Assembly: GCA_046563655.1 (NCBI GenBank)
Contig: CM102284.1
Location: 6,386,001-6,450,000 of the forward strand
Reading direction: 5' to 3'
From: Yuukianura sp. NJ FZ-2021
Lineage: Eukaryota
Length of the DNA stretch: 64,000 nt
Positions within the stretch are counted from its first letter, which is position 1. Every line of letters starts with the position of its first letter. The notes beneath the pieces are model-generated. The model ran no database searches. It was not told the DNA's origin and worked only from the letters and a program-made list of their open reading frames with translations. The position numbers and the translations under genes are program-made. Shown here one piece after another: positions 25,391 through 38,274 of this stretch.

Positions 25391-26584
25391 TTTACAACTT
25401 TCAAAATGTTAACAAAACGCTGTCAACTAAAAACAAACTGAAAAATTCTAGAAGTTGTTAAAAACTAGAAAAATTTCAGAATTTCTGAACTATCGAGTGA
25501 CAATTTTTCCGCTCCAGTACTTCCGTTTTATACTGACACAAGTATTGTACAAAAAAAAAAAAGTGAGACGTGTGTTTAGTAAAAAAAATTGAATTTAGTA
25601 AATTGATAGTTTCGTTTTCCAAAAGTTAAAAATTTCTACTTTTCCATTGTTCAGTGTGTAAAAACTATAATTAATGGGGGATGAAACTGAAGCATCATTT
25701 TCACACCTCCATTTCACAAATACCTCAAATTAAGTTCTACAGATGATCATTAAAATTGATTTTTCATAAATCTAGGTTGATGTTAAAAAGATTTCGTCGA
25801 AAAAATATGATGCACCAAATTTTTAGAACTTGTGACACTGACTGTCATCGTGCCTGCCCAAGGTCAAGTGTATATGAAATCATCAAAACAATTCTTTACC
25901 GAGAACTGACAGACCGATGAGCGAAAAAAAAATCTTCGGTCCTAGTTTTATTTTTGCGATTTTAGAATTTTCTAGAATTTTTACGTTTAACTAAATTTAA
26001 CCGCAACGTAAACTTGTTTTTCAATCGTTCCATCAGTCACACACTAAACACTGCACATTCTTAAAGGAAATTCGTTCTGCAGAAAAGACATTTAAGGGCA
26101 GAGGTCTCATTTACACCAAAAAATTCTCCAAACTTAGACTAATCGATTAGCAATTTAAAGCGTGTTACAAGTAAAAAAGAATTCTAAAGTGCTTTTGCTA
26201 CCTTAAACTAATAAAAACCAAAGGAAACCCCAATAAAACTTTAGGAATTGGAGAGTTTCCAAAAATTACAACGCAATTGACAAAAATTTCGACATAAAGT
26301 GACAATTAACTTAAGTTGATATACGTTCAATCAAAACATGTTTTTCGGAAAGATGTAACAAAAATTTACAACTTTCATGTTCAAACAAGCATACTTGCTT
26401 TCAAATTAAGAATTTTAAGAATCATCACGAAGCACATTTTTCCAGAAAAGACCAAAAATTCCCGTACCATATTAACGTTTAGTTGATCTTGCGAAGGTGA
26501 GCGCTGCGATCGAAATTTAACTTTAAAAATTGTCGAACCCCCTAAATCTTAACTTTTAAAATCTTAATGTTATCCACTGTACCC

Positions 26585-28830
26585 TTAATTACTATTATTA
26601 CTATGTCGTGATTTTACTGCTGGGCCCCAAATCCGTATAGTTCCATCATCTGAAACGGAAGCTAACATCTCTGGACGCGTTGGATTCCAGGACACTGAAG
26701 TGACAATTCTGGTGTGACCACTCAACACGGAAATTGGGCGCTCTTTACGGATATTCCAAATGTAAACTTTACAATCTGAAAACAGGAAAAACAAGTTCGT
26801 AAAGTTCGTAATTAGCATGAGAAAACTGAAATTTCGTTGGAAGTTTCGTACCTTCTGACCCAGAAGCTATAAAATTTTGGTTCAATCCACCAAAACAAGA
26901 GTTTATGATGAAGTGACCTTGTGTGAGCCCTTGAAATTTGCGGAGCAGGACCCGATCTTCCAGATCCCACAAATGAACTCCTTGATGTTGTACGTTCATA
27001 AGACACAGACGATCGGTACTGTCCATTGAGAAGCTCATGACGGGCTGCTCGGATTTGATCCTACAAAGCACAAAATACTTTGAAAATCAAAAATTCAAAA
27101 TTTCAAATTCAAAAACAAAACGGTATCGTCTGAATACACTATGGCAAATTTTTTGTCTTACAAATGGAAATCAGTATTCGTAGTTTCAAATGTGTAACCC
27201 CGAATTCGATGATGTGAATCAGCCACCAAAACTGTTTTTCCGTCTTTTCTGTACGCCATACCGTGAACTCGAACTCCTTCCCAAGAGTCAAGCACGTTTC
27301 CATCCAAGTCCTGAAAATTGACGCAGAAAAATCCATTCAGAAGAAGTGGTTAATCGATTAATTTTAAGAAAAGTTTACACAGAGATAGAACTGTCCCCTT
27401 ATTCCTCCAGTGACGAAACGGCGATTGTCAGGATGCCAAGCAGCAGCAGTAAGAGAATCTTCAGAACCTGGAGTAATTTTGACATGAAGTTCCGCTGTCA
27501 CAGTGTTGTAGACCCACAGTTCAGGAGAATCATCTGGACCACAGACAACCAAATAGACCGAGTCTGAGCTCCAGCTCAAAAATGACACGCCATATTGGTG
27601 ACCATCTATCGTCTTGCGTATTGTCAGCTTGAACTCCGTCTGGAAACATAAACAGTCACATCAGTTAGTGTCGAGATCATCCGAATTCAGTTCGAACAGC
27701 AATCTCACCTCGTGGACATCCCAGATAATGAGCGTTTGATCTTTGGAACCTGTAGCCAATTTTGTACCGTCAGGCGAAAAGCTACAAAACCAAACTTCGT
27801 CCGTATGATCCGTCATTATTTGACGCGTAACTGATGGGAAAGACTCATTTGAACACATGTGGTCAACCACTAACGACAAGTTGGCATCCCACGAGATGGA
27901 AGAATTGTGATAAGGGCATTTGTCTTTCTGCCACTCAACGGATTGCTTTATAAGTGTGTCACTGAAAACAAAAAATTTCAAAAATTGAAAAAAAAAGTTT
28001 CAAAATTTCAACAATTAGGTGGTGGCCTTACAGCCTCCGCGGTGGAAGCATAACGGAAGGCGGAAGAAACTGCTGAAGGCGTTCCATCAACTGTGTCCTT
28101 GATTCCTTTCCGTTCCAGTTTGCTTGTTCATGCACTTCCTCGGCTGTAGCGCACATAATGTAGGCCGAGAGCTGATGGACGCGTTTAGTCCTATGGTTGA
28201 GCGGAGTAAGTTCATATTGAAGAGTGGACAGGGCTTCCAGAACCTTCCCGTCCTCCAGCAACTCCAAGTATTTTTGCTCCAGTAAAAGAAACTGCATTTC
28301 CTGTTGTACAAAATACCAAGATAACTTGTGAAGAACGGTGTTTCTAGACAAAGTTATTGAATTTACCAAAAGCGATTCAGCATTTTCCAGCAGATTTTTT
28401 AGTTCCTGTAAATCAGCGTTGGCCTTGCCCCAATTCCCTCGCATTACATGTTCCCGGAATCTAATTGAATATGATTCGAATTAGTTGGTGAGTGATTGCA
28501 TGTTTGCAATCCGATGTTTGTGATGCTGTTACCTAGCGGCAACAGGATGGTCCATACGACATCCAGACTCTTCCATCAACGTTTCGACACTTTTCCTAAG
28601 AAAAGATAGCAAATGCATGAACCTGTACAGTACTGCGTTTTAAAAAAAGGTACTAACGAAAGGCCGAGAGAGATGAGATGTTGACCAATGATTCGGACCA
28701 AGTCCTCATTGGACTTGACGCTCATGGATGCCGAAATGGCAACCGAATTCTCATGATTCATGTGGACTCCATTAGGGACGCCATTCTTGATCGTCACTTC
28801 TCCATTCTTCGCGTGGTGTTGCGTTTGCAT
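26585..28830 (-). CDS. WDR26: WD repeat-containing protein 26 (CTLH/GID complex)
   Basis: Lis[65 protein letters not shown] and [17 protein letters not shown]. Confidence 0.95.
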
Positions 28831-30713
28831 GATGTCGTGGCTACAATTACCGCCTTCCGTGTCAACTTTTTGCTTCTTCTTGGGGGGCGAGTCCTCCGCG
28901 GGGGGCGAAGCCCTGCCCGTCCCTTCTCCCCGCCCTAGGGAGGCCAGACTGATTTCACCTAAAAATCACAAATCAATCGATTGATTTTCACGTACAAAAC
29001 CATGAATTGCTTTAGTTTTGTTGAATCTCACCTCACCTAATCAAAAACAGTAGACGCTGTTTGTCTTTGAGCTAAGGGCAAAAAAGAAACTTCTTTGATG
29101 CCCTTACAACTAGTTGAACGCTGACTCGTGTCGGAGCCGTCCTGAATAGCGCAGTGTTACGCAGTACCTTGAAACACGTTCGTTGCGTCGGAATCGATTA
29201 ATTCAGAATCTTAAGAACAGTGGAATGCGGTCAATTTCCTCAGCATGAGTTGCTCGACAAGAAAACGTTTCCGCAACTCCAGGTCTTCGGAAGGGAAAGC
29301 TAATTTTCAGTTTTCCTGAAATTAAATATTCCTGTATCAAACAATGAATTCCAAAATTTCAGAATTAAAATTTTGTTAATTTTTTGAAATCGGGTCACTG
29401 CGTATCAAAAAATTTGTTTATACTACTTCGACTAAATCCACTTCCCTAATACAAATCATACGAGGAAAGTCATATTACGTGGTCCATGCAATGGGTTATG
29501 TCGCAAGTAAAAATAATCCAGTTACGCCAGTGCCATTTTTCACTATGAATATTAAATCCCTATAATTTTTTTTGGCTATACCTCATTTAAGAAATCTTAT
29601 CGTTTACTCAATGCGTAATTAACGAATCAGCTGGAGATGCAAATTGTGAAAGTGAGAGTATGGACAAACCAGCTGTTTTTTTTTATTAAATCTCCATTCA
29701 CTCCACTCACACTGTTAGACAGAATGAAGGTCACCTCCAAAAGACCTCTGGTTAAAGATAACCACAAATTGAGGTCAAATCCAAAATGAACATTAAATCT
29801 ACACGTCCAAATTGTTAATTTTGGATGAAAAAATAAACAAATCCTAGACCAGAAGCTGAGGTGTGGTGACTCACTTTTTTGCACACCTATAAGCATTAGT
29901 ACCAAAACAAAGGATCAAAGACTGGTCCTTGACTTCATTCCACCCGTCCCACATGGATAGCCATAGGCCCTCAAAGATCACTTGATTATTCAATTAATAA
30001 TCGAGTAAGAGACTGCGAATATTACTATGCATGTATGTGTGTATCTCTTACCGTAAACGACGAATCGAGGTCATTCACTTCTAGTACTTAGTGACTCAAA
30101 ATCAAGGAAAATGATGATGATGATGAGTGGTACTTCGTATGTTTCCTGGTTTTCGTATTATCCAGGACAGAGTTAGAGCCAGTTTTATAGGAGTCTGTGT
30201 CTCTGTCTTGTTTGTTGTTACGTAAGAACTTGAATGTTGAATGGACTAAACTTAAGATGAGTCTGAAGTTATGCTGCACATACAAGAAGTACACAATGGG
30301 CAGGATCAGGAGCTCTCAGCTGATTTGGATGCACCAGGTGACAGGACAGGTGAAATGCTGAACTTCAGCAGGTTCCCTGGACATCAATTGATAATCGACG
30401 TCTTCCAGACCAAGTCAGAGCTTAATATAAAACTCTTCGTTAATTGATGTCGTCGATTACCTCAATGGATCCAAATCAATGTGCTGACGAACGATCCAAC
30501 GACGTCTTCCCACGCTGCAGCTCCCTCTGGTGCTGATAACCTTCACTAAAGTTACCGTTAGAAATTCCAGCGTATCTGCGCAGGTCCCACGAAAATTTCA
30601 GAAGATCCGCAGTGACGTCACCGACCTAAAGTATATCATAGAAAATAAGTTTCGGCGTCGAATCATGTCGTAACTTTTTTTTTTGCATCTTTTGGGAATA
30701 CTTTGATACGAGG

Positions 30714-31517
30714 TCAGAGGTCATCCACGCGACGATGAAGGTAGAGGAAGAGTCCGACATATCCGGTAAACATGGTCAGAATGAAAATTGAGTAGACAAT
30801 TATTGTCAATGTTGCCAGTCCAGTGGCCCGAAGAAATCGTTGACCTGGTTCGCGGCAATTCGACTCATAAACGTATCCAGAGGTCACCATGCTCGTGTCA
30901 CAAATTTCGGGATGTCCAGGTCGTTGATACGATCCGGCGTTCCAGCAGCAACTTGATCTAAGTGGATGCTTTCTCTCAGCTTCTATGATGCTGTGACAGC
31001 ATCCCAATTGATTCTCAATTCTGATAAGGTCAAGGTCACTAGGATGTGCTGCTTCCTTGGCGATTAAAATACTGCTGACGACCAATGATATGCCAGCGAC
31101 TGCCGTTAGGATCAAGACGATCCAGAGAAGCTTGATCTTCTGTTTTTCAATGGCGATGATCGACAGAGGGAAGATGACAATTAGCACAACTCCGCTGAAT
31201 ATGTTGGTGTAAAGGTCAGGTGAGGTCAAACGGGTTTCGTTGCCAACTTGACCCCTTTCTTGCATCGTTTGAGCCGTTTTGATGAGCAGTAGCATTCCAC
31301 ATCCAAAGATCATAAAAGCACTGATACAGATGAGACGCTTGAGGAATCCGTACAAAGAAATGTCATGATCGCGTGTTCTTTTTTTGAGATGATCGTGAGG
31401 TACTGCGGCATTAGTTGGATCAGCGTCTTCACCTCGCGCTTCTGCGTCAATTTCAAGCGAATGAATGGGATTGACCTTTTCGTCGTCCAGGTCAACTTCA
31501 ACCTGCTGCGATGACAT
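30714..31517 (-). CDS. Divergent tetraspanin-like four-pass membrane protein, intronless
   Basis: 267-aa ORF with three N-terminal hydrophobic segments, a large loop with IENQLGCC..SSCC..C..NC, and a fourth TM segment. Confidence 0.65.
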   Translation of the reverse strand: MSSQQVEVDLDDEKVNPIHSLEIDAEARGEDADPTNAAVPHDHLKKRTRDHDISLYGFLKRLICISAFMIFGCGMLLLIKTAQTMQERGQVGNETRLTSPDLYTNIFSGVVLIVIFPLSIIAIEKQKIKLLWIVLILTAVAGISLVVSSILIAKEAAHPSDLDLIRIENQLGCCHSIIEAERKHPLRSSCCWNAGSYQRPGHPEICDTSMVTSGYVYESNCREPGQRFLRATGLATLTIIVYSIFILTMFTGYVGLFLYLHRRVDDL

Positions 31518-32263
31518 TCCGTTTCATATTCCGGAATACCTTGTGACGACAATAATCACCATTTCAGTAGCAGCAGCGATCAAAGGTTACGTTTTGATTT
31601 GTTCTTTGATTGTTTTGAATTTGGAACTTATAAAGTTGCCTACGTTTACGGTAGCAACGTTTCGCAAAATATTTTAATAATTAAAATATTTAGCTACAAG
31701 ATTATAAATTAATTATTAATTTGAGTATTTCATTTAATTTAATTATTTCATTTTTAAAGCAAGAAGTTGAAATTACCGAAATTGTGATTTCCACAATTAA
31801 CCGCCATTTGAAAATTAAGTATTTTTTTCTGTGCTATCCAGATCACTGCCGCTGTAAAATCAGGATTAAATTATTCTTTACATGGCGCATTACTAATTAT
31901 AATTAATTTGTGCAACTTGTCACGTGTGAGTTTGCAATTCCTTCCAGTAGTAATTAAATATATCATAACAATTTAACTTATTTTTAAATTAAAACGAGTT
32001 TTACTAAATTGTGACTCACAATTTCTTTATAATAAGACGACATTGCATTGGCATCAATGTCGCCATCACAGTTAAATAAACGTTCACATGGAACTTTTTG
32101 TTATTTTCAACTTTTTATTTTGAAAGAACAAATTCAACAGAAGATTCGACGTAATTTTTTCTCAGCGGAAGGAGCATTTTTGATTGATTCCAAAATTCAG
32201 TGAAACTCAGTAGGTGCAAAAGTCTTCCCAAATTCAAAATTTTGGTCCACTTTTGAAAAAACG

Positions 32264-34424
32264 ATGTCCTGGAAGGCTAATATGAACAATGAGTTCACTT
32301 ATTTTCCAAAACCGTATCCACTTGGTCCTGGAAAGTCTAAAACTGCCACCACAGTCAAATCCAAAAGCAACATCAAGAAAGCAAATAAGACTCCAGTAAA
32401 AAATCGTAAGTTAAATCCAAAATCGCTTGAAGCGATGACTACCTGGATGCCAACTTAACAATTTGTGGAACTTTAGAGCCACGACCAAGCGATGTCCCGG
32501 CCACCACCATGACCGGACTACCTTGGAAAGCTCGAGCAAAGCTTGAAGGAAAACTGAAACCGGAACCACCGCGTCGCCGCAGTCCTCCAGCGCGTCTTGC
32601 CAATTATACTTTTACTTATGGATTGTCCAAGGAAGACGAAAATCTCGTTCGATCTGAAATACCGTCTCGACTTGGACTCAGTGTCACTTCATTTCGTTTG
32701 TCTCCAGGAGCAGAAACATCTCAACTGTCCAAAACGGACGTCCGAGCTGCACAAACTGCTCCGCCACCAACATCCACCAGTGGACTCATTTCTGAAAAAT
32801 TAAAAGCCATCAAAGATTCGTTTCACCAAGCCGAAGTCACTTCGACTGCCCCAAATGCTCCGAAACCTTACTTTCGTAACTGGGGCAACGCCAAATCCGA
32901 TGTCATCGCAGGTCAAGGGCTGGATTTGGACGATTCCGAGATGATTCTACACTCGACTCGGAACATTCTGGAAAAAACGGGTATTCATGATGGACTGGAC
33001 AGTTACTTTGAAGGGCTGGGCAAAATGGACCAATATGATATCGAGGAAGACACTTTGCCGCTGATCGAACCAGAGAAAGCTGCTGCAGCTTTTCAAGCGC
33101 CAGTACCGAAACCATCTCGGCTCCAACCCAAGACGTACTACGAAGTGGGTAAATCCAAAAATGTGTCGAGACAGAGTTTGTACCAGAGCAAAAGTAGAGT
33201 CAGCGCAGTGGATTCGACGCCAACGGCTAGCAAAAAGTCGTCATCCAAAAAAGTGAGAATGGCTGAACCTGATCCAACGATTTTTATTCAATCACCAAAA
33301 TTGAAACCGTCACACCAAGAAAAAATTGTTCAAAAACAACTGCAAAGAGAAATCTCGAAAACACCAATGACGCATGAGCAGTACACGAAACGAAAAGAAG
33401 AACTGCTGCGGGCTGCTCTACAAGTATTTTTGAAAATCCAAATTTTTCAAATCATTTTTTCAAATTTGAACAATTTTTGAAAATTGACTCATAGGCCTAT
33501 GACCGTGACGTTCCAACATACGAGGCCATTCCTGACATTCGAGATGAAGGTGAGAGGTGACAGTCGTTGTAGCGTCACTTTTCAATGAAAAATTTTCATG
33601 AAAGTTTTTCTTTCCAAAATCTGACTTTTTTTTTCCAAAATTGTTTCAGTAATTGCTGCTGAGGAACACAGCGTTGCTCTTTCCAGACAAAACATAATGG
33701 ACTTGCTGTACAATGCACTAACGAATCAATCCAAGACGTTATCCATGAAATCACCGTCAACCAGTCTGCATCTGAGCAGTTCCAACTTTACACGCGGAAG
33801 ACCCGAAACGAAGACAAGGTCACGACCTCTGGACCATTTTCAGGTTAACATCATTTAGCCTTAGTTATACAAAAAAAAATTCAAAAAACTTTTCAAAATT
33901 TTCAGGGAGCAGTGGTGTCAACAATCCTCAGGGAAATGCAAGAACAGAAAGGTCCCGGAGTAGTCCAAAGTCAAGAATTCACGCCCACGGTGACCCACAA
34001 TCCACGGCGCGCCGCTGCTCGTCACGTTCCGACTCGGAAAGAAAGTAAAGAGAAAGTGAAAGCTCTGCGCGCCCTTGAAAACTACGATTTGAGCAAACTT
34101 CGTCAACGGAATGCCTTGGCTCCAAAACCCGTTCTTACTTTGCTGTCAGTCAAGAAAGGTCAAGGTCAAGGTCACATTAACGTCACTGGTGTCGGGGGGA
34201 CTTCAAGTGCCAACAAGCCAAGGGCCAACAGTCACCAATCCAGAAATATCGACCAAACACCGACTACTTCCGGCCTAGGATCGTTCACTGCCCTCAGCAG
34301 TCTCCAAACACGCAATGAAAAGTACAATTTGGGCAGACGAATGCGTCCGGTACGAACTTCGGCTCGGAATCGCGATCCTCAACCGCTTTTGTTTGGTTTG
34401 AACCGCGAAAAGCGACAGAAATAA
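32264..34424 (+). CDS. Uncharacterised basic, Ser/Pro-rich multi-exon protein
   Basis: ORF blocks 32264-, 32509-33423, ~33495-33549, ~33650-33844 and 33907-34424 are joined by GT-AG introns; no recognised domain. Confidence 0.6.
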
Positions 34425-34738
34425 GTCGTCAAACTGAACTGCTCAAAAGTTGTTTCAAAATTTTGTGACCAATGAGTTTCTATACTAAAGAGAAAAAAGT
34501 TCAAAATTTTGATTTCCAAAAAAAAGTTGAACTTAATTTTTTTTAAGAGTTGAATCCACTAGACGCCACACATAAATTTCTGGACAGCAATTCCTGTTGT
34601 GTTTTGAAATGCAGATCCGACATACTAGTAACGAAGGAGAGTGTTGAGTTTTAGTAAGTTTTTTTTAAGTTTATTACATTTTTTGAATTTTAGTTTTTTA
34701 ATTTTAATTGATTTTTAGAATTTGTAGTTTAGAATAAC

Positions 34739-35746
34739 TTATTTTCCCAAAATAATTCGTCGAGCAGCTCCAGGGTTCGTTCCAGCTTGCGTAGCACCCT
34801 TGTTATGTCCAGCCTGTTTCAAAATTTTACAAAAAAATCAGTCGTTTCAGAAAAATGCCGAAATCTTTTCGAAAATTCAGACTTCTAGAACTAAAACTGT
34901 AGCAACTGCATCAAATGCTAACAAATTTTGACCTTTGACATTTACCTGTAGTCCAATGACTTCTTTTCCGTGTGCAATCACATCTTCCGAAAAATGTCGT
35001 ACGTTTTCTTCCGACGGTTTTGGTCCCAACCAAGGTCCTTTCCATTCAGGATGTTTGTAGCTCTGTAATAATAACAATTTTTTAGAAAATTTCAGAAAAT
35101 TTTCAAAAATCAGCCAGTTTTTAGCTTTTTTAAAACTTTTAACTTCAAAAACTAATTTTTTAAGTGAAGTGATTCTCAACTTACGGTTCTTCCCAGAGCA
35201 AAAATGGTCATGGTGACATGAGCAATGTCTTTCTTGGTGATGAGGTCAACTGACTGGAACAGGTCAACTTCTGGAACTCCGTAAGCCGTTGCAGCAGCCA
35301 AAAACTGTTGAACATTGTCCATGAATTTGTAGTCTCCACCAGACACGTTGACACGCGTAACACTTCCTGGACGAAGTCTGTTCATCAATTTGCACAGAAT
35401 AATTCCATCCCGCAGAGCATCTTCATAAGAAACTGCAAAATGAAACAAAATCTTAAAAGTTTTCATTGTTTCTCTACAAAAATATTCAAAATTCCATTTC
35501 GATTCAATGGATTTCATGAAACTGAAAACTTTTAATGTATTCAATATTTTGGAACAACAATTTTTTCACCTGGTGGAAATCTTTCTCCGATTACTTCTTC
35601 AATCCATTCTTTTGCTGCAGCTTCTTCTTCAGGAACTCGTTTTCCAGCAATCTGTTTAAAAGAATTTCAAAATTCAAACTATTCTAATTTAAAAACTCGA
35701 ATTTTCAAAAAAAAAAAAGTTACCTTACCTGCCACAACATAGCCAT
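34739..35746 (-). CDS. Muscle-specific protein 20 / calponin-transgelin family
   Basis: IAGKR..EWIEEVIGERFP, YEDALRDGIILCKLMNRL.PGSV CH domain, and calponin repeat IGLQAGHNKGATQAG. Confidence 0.9.
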
Positions 35747-37247
35747 TTTGCCAAAATTTGGAAATGCTTTCACTTTTCTAGAACAACTAGAACTAACTGA
35801 AGATGCAAACACCAGAAAGCCACAATTTATACAAATCAGAGTCCTCCAGTTGAACTTGCTACAAAATGGAAATCTGTTTCAACCTATTTTTAAACCTTGT
35901 TTCAATGATGTCATTTCCTAAATTTAAAAAAAACGTCATTCTTGTCTTAAAAAAGTAGAACAAGGAAAGAAGAAAGTAAATCGGTGTATGACAGAATCAG
36001 GATTATGGAGTTACGTAGGTGTTCAAAAAAGAAGTTCATGAACACCGCCTACATCCCAAGACCTTGATTTCAAAGGCGATGCAAACGCAAGTTCAAACTT
36101 TAAAAAAATCTTTGAATTTGACACAATGTTCAACGTTTTCTAAAAATAATACCTGTAGCATTTGAAACATGATGGAAAAGTTTGAAGAAGAAAATTTTGC
36201 GTTTGGGTTTGTTAGCGTCGACGCCACATAAAATATTAAATTTTTCAACAATACAGAGCATTTTTCTCCTGTGTATTTTTTCTATCTCACTCCCTATCTC
36301 TCGCAATGAAAACTATTCTCACGTCGGCCCGTATAGAAACCTATGAGAGGGTTTTTATTAATTTTTATCTGGCGTTTCACTTGTACCAATGAAAATTTCA
36401 GTTTTTTTCCAACCAAACCAAGCTTAGAGTTTGGAATTTCAGATTCTGCATAGCTTCTATACAAATCTTGAATTTCATATTTTATTTTCGGTTCTAATGG
36501 TTGAAAAGTAAATCTGTGCTATATTTAATCTTTTTTTTCTGTCATTTGTTTTAAATTTACCTCACAGGATCGGCCTAAAAATTGAATCGGCGAGTCAAAT
36601 TTTAGAAAACCCAATCTGTAGGCCACAATTTAGACATACTTAAAAAAAAGTTAGCTTTGAAGTCACGAAACAACAGTTTAGCTTGATAATGACGATGTCG
36701 TTTTGATTCGTTTAAGTTTTTCCCTTATGTTTTTCTCCACGCCACATGAAATATTCACTTTCTCGCCTTTCCTTCCTCCATCTCAAAATCAGGAAAGAAA
36801 AGTTTTAATTTTTACTTGGCGTTCACGTTGTAGCAATGAAAATTTCAGTTTCTTCTTTCACTTTCGCGATTCTTTTCAACAAAAACTTTGAACACTCACA
36901 ATTACTAGTACTTGTTGCACACAAATACGAATTTCAAATTTTCAAGTTACTTCCTGCAAAACGTATTACATTGTGAAAATTCTTGGGAATTTCGAAATTT
37001 TGTTTCCCAACAAACTTTGCCTGAACCAACTCAGTTCCAGCAGGCGAATGAGTCCTCTGTTTCTGAGGTCAACCACTCCGGATTGAATGTCATCCAGGTC
37101 ATGGAAAAGTGCTGCTTTGATTGCTTCTGTCTGCTTGTCATACTCCTTTCACTCAACGATTTCAGGTGATTCAAGAAAAAAGAGAAATACTTGAAAAATC
37201 AATCTTTTAAAATAAGTGAAATAACCCCTATGCACAGAGCAGGGATT

Positions 37248-37597
37248 TTTTCAAAATTTTACAAAATTTCGAAAGTGCGTTTTTTGCAAAATTTTTGCGC
37301 CAAATTATATGAAATACTGTTCTGCAACTTGAACCAGTTCATGGTGTTGCAGAAATTGCAACAAAGTGCAAATTTTTAGAATTTTCTAAAATGGGAATTG
37401 TGCTTGTGTTTTTGAAAGTTTTTGAAGAGTCTTTTACACAGGAGGCCTTTGGGAGAGGAGAAAAGTAGATCGGAGATTATACGAAGCGAAGAGGCGAGAT
37501 AGGTCTTTTGCTCTTCTCTGCTTTTTGTATGGGAATGCATGTGCCGTGGAGAAGGATAGGGAAGGGAGTGTAGCCTTCTTGCTTCGCATAATCTCCT
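37248..37597. repeat. Dispersed fold-back repeat, copy 2
   Basis: Homologous to 23789-24140 in the same orientation. Confidence 0.8.
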
Positions 37598-38274
37598 GTC
37601 AACTTTTTCGTCCTTCTGCCTATCCCCCAATGTTAAACTTCAGTTCAAAATTGGATCGGGTGACAAGGGGTGTTGTGCAGCAGCTGCTACACAAACCACA
37701 CAAATTCAGAGGGTGACAAGGGTAGTGCCAGTAACTGCTACACCAGCCATCAAAATTATTTAAACACTAATTTCATTTATTTTCGCGCGCTTTTGACCGT
37801 CTCACGTCTGTTTTGTTCGCTTATAAGTTTGAAACAATAAGCCAATTTTTTTATTGATTGTTTTAAGCATTTAACTATGCTAAATTAATAAATATTATTA
37901 AGAAAACACTTTATCAGATTTTGAAGATACGTTTTTTTGGAAACTTTTTGAAGCGTTGGTTTAATCGATTGGCTCAATTAAGAATGAACAAAGTTTTTTT
38001 TAGACAAAACAATTTCTAAGCACTGTTCAAATAACAATAAGTTCCGTCTGCATTAAATCTAAAACCAGCGCTAAGCACTTAAGTAAGTTAATTACCCAAT
38101 ACTGGCCAAGTATCTTCTACTAAATACCTTTATTTAAAGACAATTTTCAAAAACTTTGAATTAAAACTTACACTAAAGCGAGCCCCGTAGCGCGTTGTGT
38201 TCTTGTGTTGTCGTTTGAAGTTTAACTTGTACAAAATTTTACCGAATGACAAACTCGGCTTGTTTTACAAATTT

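Noticed and set aside
29627-30630. Possible small spliced gene between WDR26 and the tetraspanin-like gene
   Set aside because: Some splice-like signals, but no consistent reading frame could be assembled.
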